DNA of 64,000 nt from Candidatus Saccharimonadales bacterium (lineage in GTDB: Bacteria > Patescibacteriota > Saccharimonadia > Saccharimonadales > SZUA-47), in contig JBGSRU010000001.1 in the NCBI GenBank assembly GCA_041737385.1, forward strand, positions 3,539 to 67,538, in the 5' to 3' direction. This document shows, one piece after another, positions 61,677-64,000 of the stretch. A program made the translations under genes and the position numbers. Within the stretch, counting starts at the first letter, position 1, and each line of letters begins with the position of its first letter. Below the pieces are notes generated by a model. That model was not told where the DNA came from and did not search any database. It worked only from the letters and a program-made list of their open reading frames with translations.

Positions 61677-61892
61677 AATAACCTCTTTTATACCATAACA
61701 ATATCATAATTCTACAGATATGCAAAGCATAGTTCATCAACTCACAACTTTTACGATACGGCTGGTATCGGCTTAGTCCGGATCTCTGGTTGTTCATAAC
61801 TTCCTTTTTTGAATTAGTATTTTACAACAAGCAGTTGCATTGCTTATGCCAACTATATTTCTTCGCTAACACATTGAGTTACCAAATAATAA

Positions 61893-62729
61893 TTATAGTA
61901 AATAAGTTTTACAACTATTAATCATGGCTTGTTCGAAGCTTGATCTAAGTTTCTGCATATTTTCTTCAGATGGTTCTAGCGTTGTTTGGTCGTGGGTGAT
62001 GCTCGTGTTGTATTCGACTTGGAACGAATGTACGTTTGCCGTAACTCCTATTTGTTTAAGCGAATCGTTTCTCCGTGAGTTATAGATATTTGCAACTTCC
62101 CCACCCTTAAATACCAAGTTTAGGTACACGTCGCTTGGTAGGTTGTTACGCTCTAGTTGTACTCGCAAATTATCTGCTAACAGTTCTAGGAAGACAGGAT
62201 CACAACTGACTTTGCCAGAATCACTCGTAGCTGTGCCCTCGTCACCAAAGTTTGACAGTATTATTGGTTTCATAATAATGGGCTCGTTGTTGGGATCTTT
62301 GCCTATTTCATAGTGCGCTGTATTATCCCACGCAACCACAAAGATATCTGGTGAGTCTATCCTTTTGATTAAGTCGATGATCGCTTGATGATACGGTTTA
62401 TAGATAGCTTCTATATTAAAAAGCTTTTCAGACTCTGATAGAGCTTGGTCTGCTTGCCATACAGAGTTTGCTGGACGAGCAAAGTCAACTTTAGGAAATA
62501 ATTCAGCATGCTGAAGAGGCCTGTTGAGATCAACAAGTCCTCTGCTGGTGTTCGCTATGATGGACCTAAAACCGTTCCGAGGAACTGTTTCAGCGCTACC
62601 ATAGTCTGAAAAACGAACCTGTTGTTCGCTCGTAAGCGCGACTCTATCGGAAAATAATCCGAAACTATGACTTGCATGATGGACGCTATACACGACTGGT
62701 GTAACGCCAGTACCTTCGAATATCTTCAT
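61893..62729 (-). CDS. N-formylglutamate amidohydrolase-like protein
   Basis: VYSVHHASHSF and NTSRGLVDLNRP resemble the FGase family boxes. Confidence 0.45.
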   Translation of the reverse strand: MKIFEGTGVTPVVYSVHHASHSFGLFSDRVALTSEQQVRFSDYGSAETVPRNGFRSIIANTSRGLVDLNRPLQHAELFPKVDFARPANSVWQADQALSESEKLFNIEAIYKPYHQAIIDLIKRIDSPDIFVVAWDNTAHYEIGKDPNNEPIIMKPIILSNFGDEGTATSDSGKVSCDPVFLELLADNLRVQLERNNLPSDVYLNLVFKGGEVANIYNSRRNDSLKQIGVTANVHSFQVEYNTSITHDQTTLEPSEENMQKLRSSFEQAMINSCKTYLL

Positions 62730-62874
62730 AGGACTCCATTGTAATAGAAAACATCAATTACAAAAACTGTAACTTAAAGTCCTAGATCGACCTGGTAGCT
62801 TTGGGCCATTAGCAGGCTGTACCATTATTTGGCAGGTTGTATTGTCATTTTATTTGATGCACCGATGACAATAA

Positions 62875-63064
62875 TTGATTATAAGAGTTAGTGCGTGTGT
62901 TAAGACGAGAGAACCCTTAAGGAGAATCTTCTCGAGTTAAGAATCTTTTGTGAATTAATGTCATTTGTTTGTCAGCCATGACGTTGCTCCTCTTTTTTAT
63001 AAAGCCCACAAGATGTGCGACTTCATTATTTTATTTTTGTGTTTATTTGTATTTTTATAAATAC
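62875..63064. repeat. intergenic repeat R2 (paralog of 61025-61188)
   Basis: Same conserved blocks as R1. Contains a strong SD plus a 20-codon ORF on the minus strand (62917..62979). Confidence 0.6.
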
Positions 63065-63128
63065 CCTTTTAATGTACCTCTAAAGCAATACTGAGTCAAT
63101 ATCTATAAATATAAAACATCAGTCCTAT

Positions 63129-63548
63129 CTATCCAACGAGATCAACTACAGAGTCATATAAAGAGAGTACCGTAGGTCGTCTATTTTCTGAATCAACTGC
63201 TGCTATTAACTCTACTGGCACATCGCCTGAATAGCGATCGGCTAAATGCATGAATACTCTAGCTGTTTCAAGGTCATATGCTCTAGTAATTTCAGCACTG
63301 ACAACTGTGAATACCCCCAGCTTTAGTCTTTCTTCCTCCTTGGGCAGCTCCCCATTTCCTCTTGAAAGATCTAGTATTCTATGCCCGTTATTACTCCCGA
63401 GTGCCACTACAGCAAGTCTCTGACCAATAATGTAAGCCTCCTGTGCGACTTTATGCGTTGGAAACAACATTCTCGTATCGCCCTCAGCCAACTCAGACAT
63501 TCTGCAGAAAAATGGGTCAACTACACGAGGCTCCTTAGAGTGTGTCAT
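63129..63548 (-). CDS. hypothetical protein
   Basis: 139-aa ORF, 4-nt overlap with the upstream ORF. Confidence 0.45.
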   Translation of the reverse strand: MTHSKEPRVVDPFFCRMSELAEGDTRMLFPTHKVAQEAYIIGQRLAVVALGSNNGHRILDLSRGNGELPKEEERLKLGVFTVVSAEITRAYDLETARVFMHLADRYSGDVPVELIAAVDSENRRPTVLSLYDSVVDLVG

Positions 63549-63898
63549 TTTTGTACTGGGATTAGTTGCCTCACAAGTGACATTGAACCTCGGCCATCCT
63601 GATCAAACCACGGTCCTATTAATCCATTTTCAGCACCTGGATCTGTAGCAAGTACCATAATACCCCTACTGCAGACCTTTCCTTGCTCGTCTACCTCTTT
63701 ATATTCACCTTCCAAGAGGCCCCCTACTTCTTCAGCATCAATGTGCATAGTCTGGCCATCACCAAAAAGATTAAACAAGCCCTTGCCAACATATCGTTCA
63801 CCAACTTTTGCAAAAGTTATCACGTCATCAGACCATACCTCAGCACCAACTGTATAAGCGATACTGTATTTGTATCCAACATCAATCATAAGCAACAT
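63545..63898 (-). CDS. hypothetical protein
   Basis: 117-aa ORF. Confidence 0.45.
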   Translation of the reverse strand: MLLMIDVGYKYSIAYTVGAEVWSDDVITFAKVGERYVGKGLFNLFGDGQTMHIDAEEVGGLLEGEYKEVDEQGKVCSRGIMVLATDPGAENGLIGPWFDQDGRGSMSLVRQLIPVQK

Positions 63899-64000
63899 TA
63901 TACCATATTTGTCAATATTTTATACTAAATCAAAGGCAAAATTGGTTTTACTTTATGAGGTTTCTTTTTTGTATAGACTCTCCTACAATTAAGCTATGTA

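Noticed and set aside
63129-63548. Xre/ParS-type antitoxin of a RES-Xre toxin-antitoxin pair
   Set aside because: The resemblance is only vague in the C-terminal helices. The gene order is opposite to RES-Xre operons, and the partner lacks an R-E-S motif.
1-64000. Alternative genetic code (UGA recoding, as in some CPR lineages)
   Set aside because: Long family-consistent ORFs end at TGA where expected (for example the 172-aa gene at 24154 and the RayT N-part). Conserved proteins show no in-frame TGA, so the standard bacterial code fits.

Overview
The window is gene-dense (about 70 protein genes, 2 tRNAs), and roughly nine tenths of the genes lie on the minus strand. Housekeeping genes present: ndk, xerC/D-like, ychF, efp, rpsF-ssb-rpsR, ftsK, rnj, pnp-rpsO-truB, rpsT, holA, mutM. 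Many carry low-complexity tails. Together with a secretin-less type IV pilus (T4P) locus, this suggests a small-genome, possibly episymbiotic CPR/Patescibacteria organism, perhaps Saccharibacteria-like. That assignment is inference only; no search was possible. Main points: (1) A 12.5-kb T4P locus runs pilM-N-O-x-pilB-pilT-pilC-pilA-pilD plus four minor pilins in fimU/pilV/pilW/pilX-like order. The PilV-like pilin carries two canonical C-type lectin domains, one with a QPD triad and one with EPN. (2) Directly upstream on the same strand there is a duplicated two-gene module: a small membrane-anchored protein plus a giant secreted protein (855 and 1203 aa). The giants share a ~300-aa C-terminal module and a tail ending LPPAL. 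The larger one has a PA14-like insertion. (3) A roughly 130-nt four-helix structured repeat sits between an SD-like box and the start codons of both ssb and rpsR. It shows compensatory base changes between copies, and a third, inverted partial copy lies nearby. (4) tRNA-Asp and tRNA-Arg are each followed 180-190 bp downstream by an exact 20-25-nt copy of their own 3' end. (5) A mobile-element patch contains a frameshifted RayT/IS200-like gene with flanking hairpins, an IS30 fragment, and an intact IS481-like element with a 4-bp TSD. An 883-aa tandem-repeat protein lies beside this patch. I found no CRISPR array, rRNA, reverse transcriptase or recognisable defence genes. All functional calls rest on motifs read by eye from the translations.
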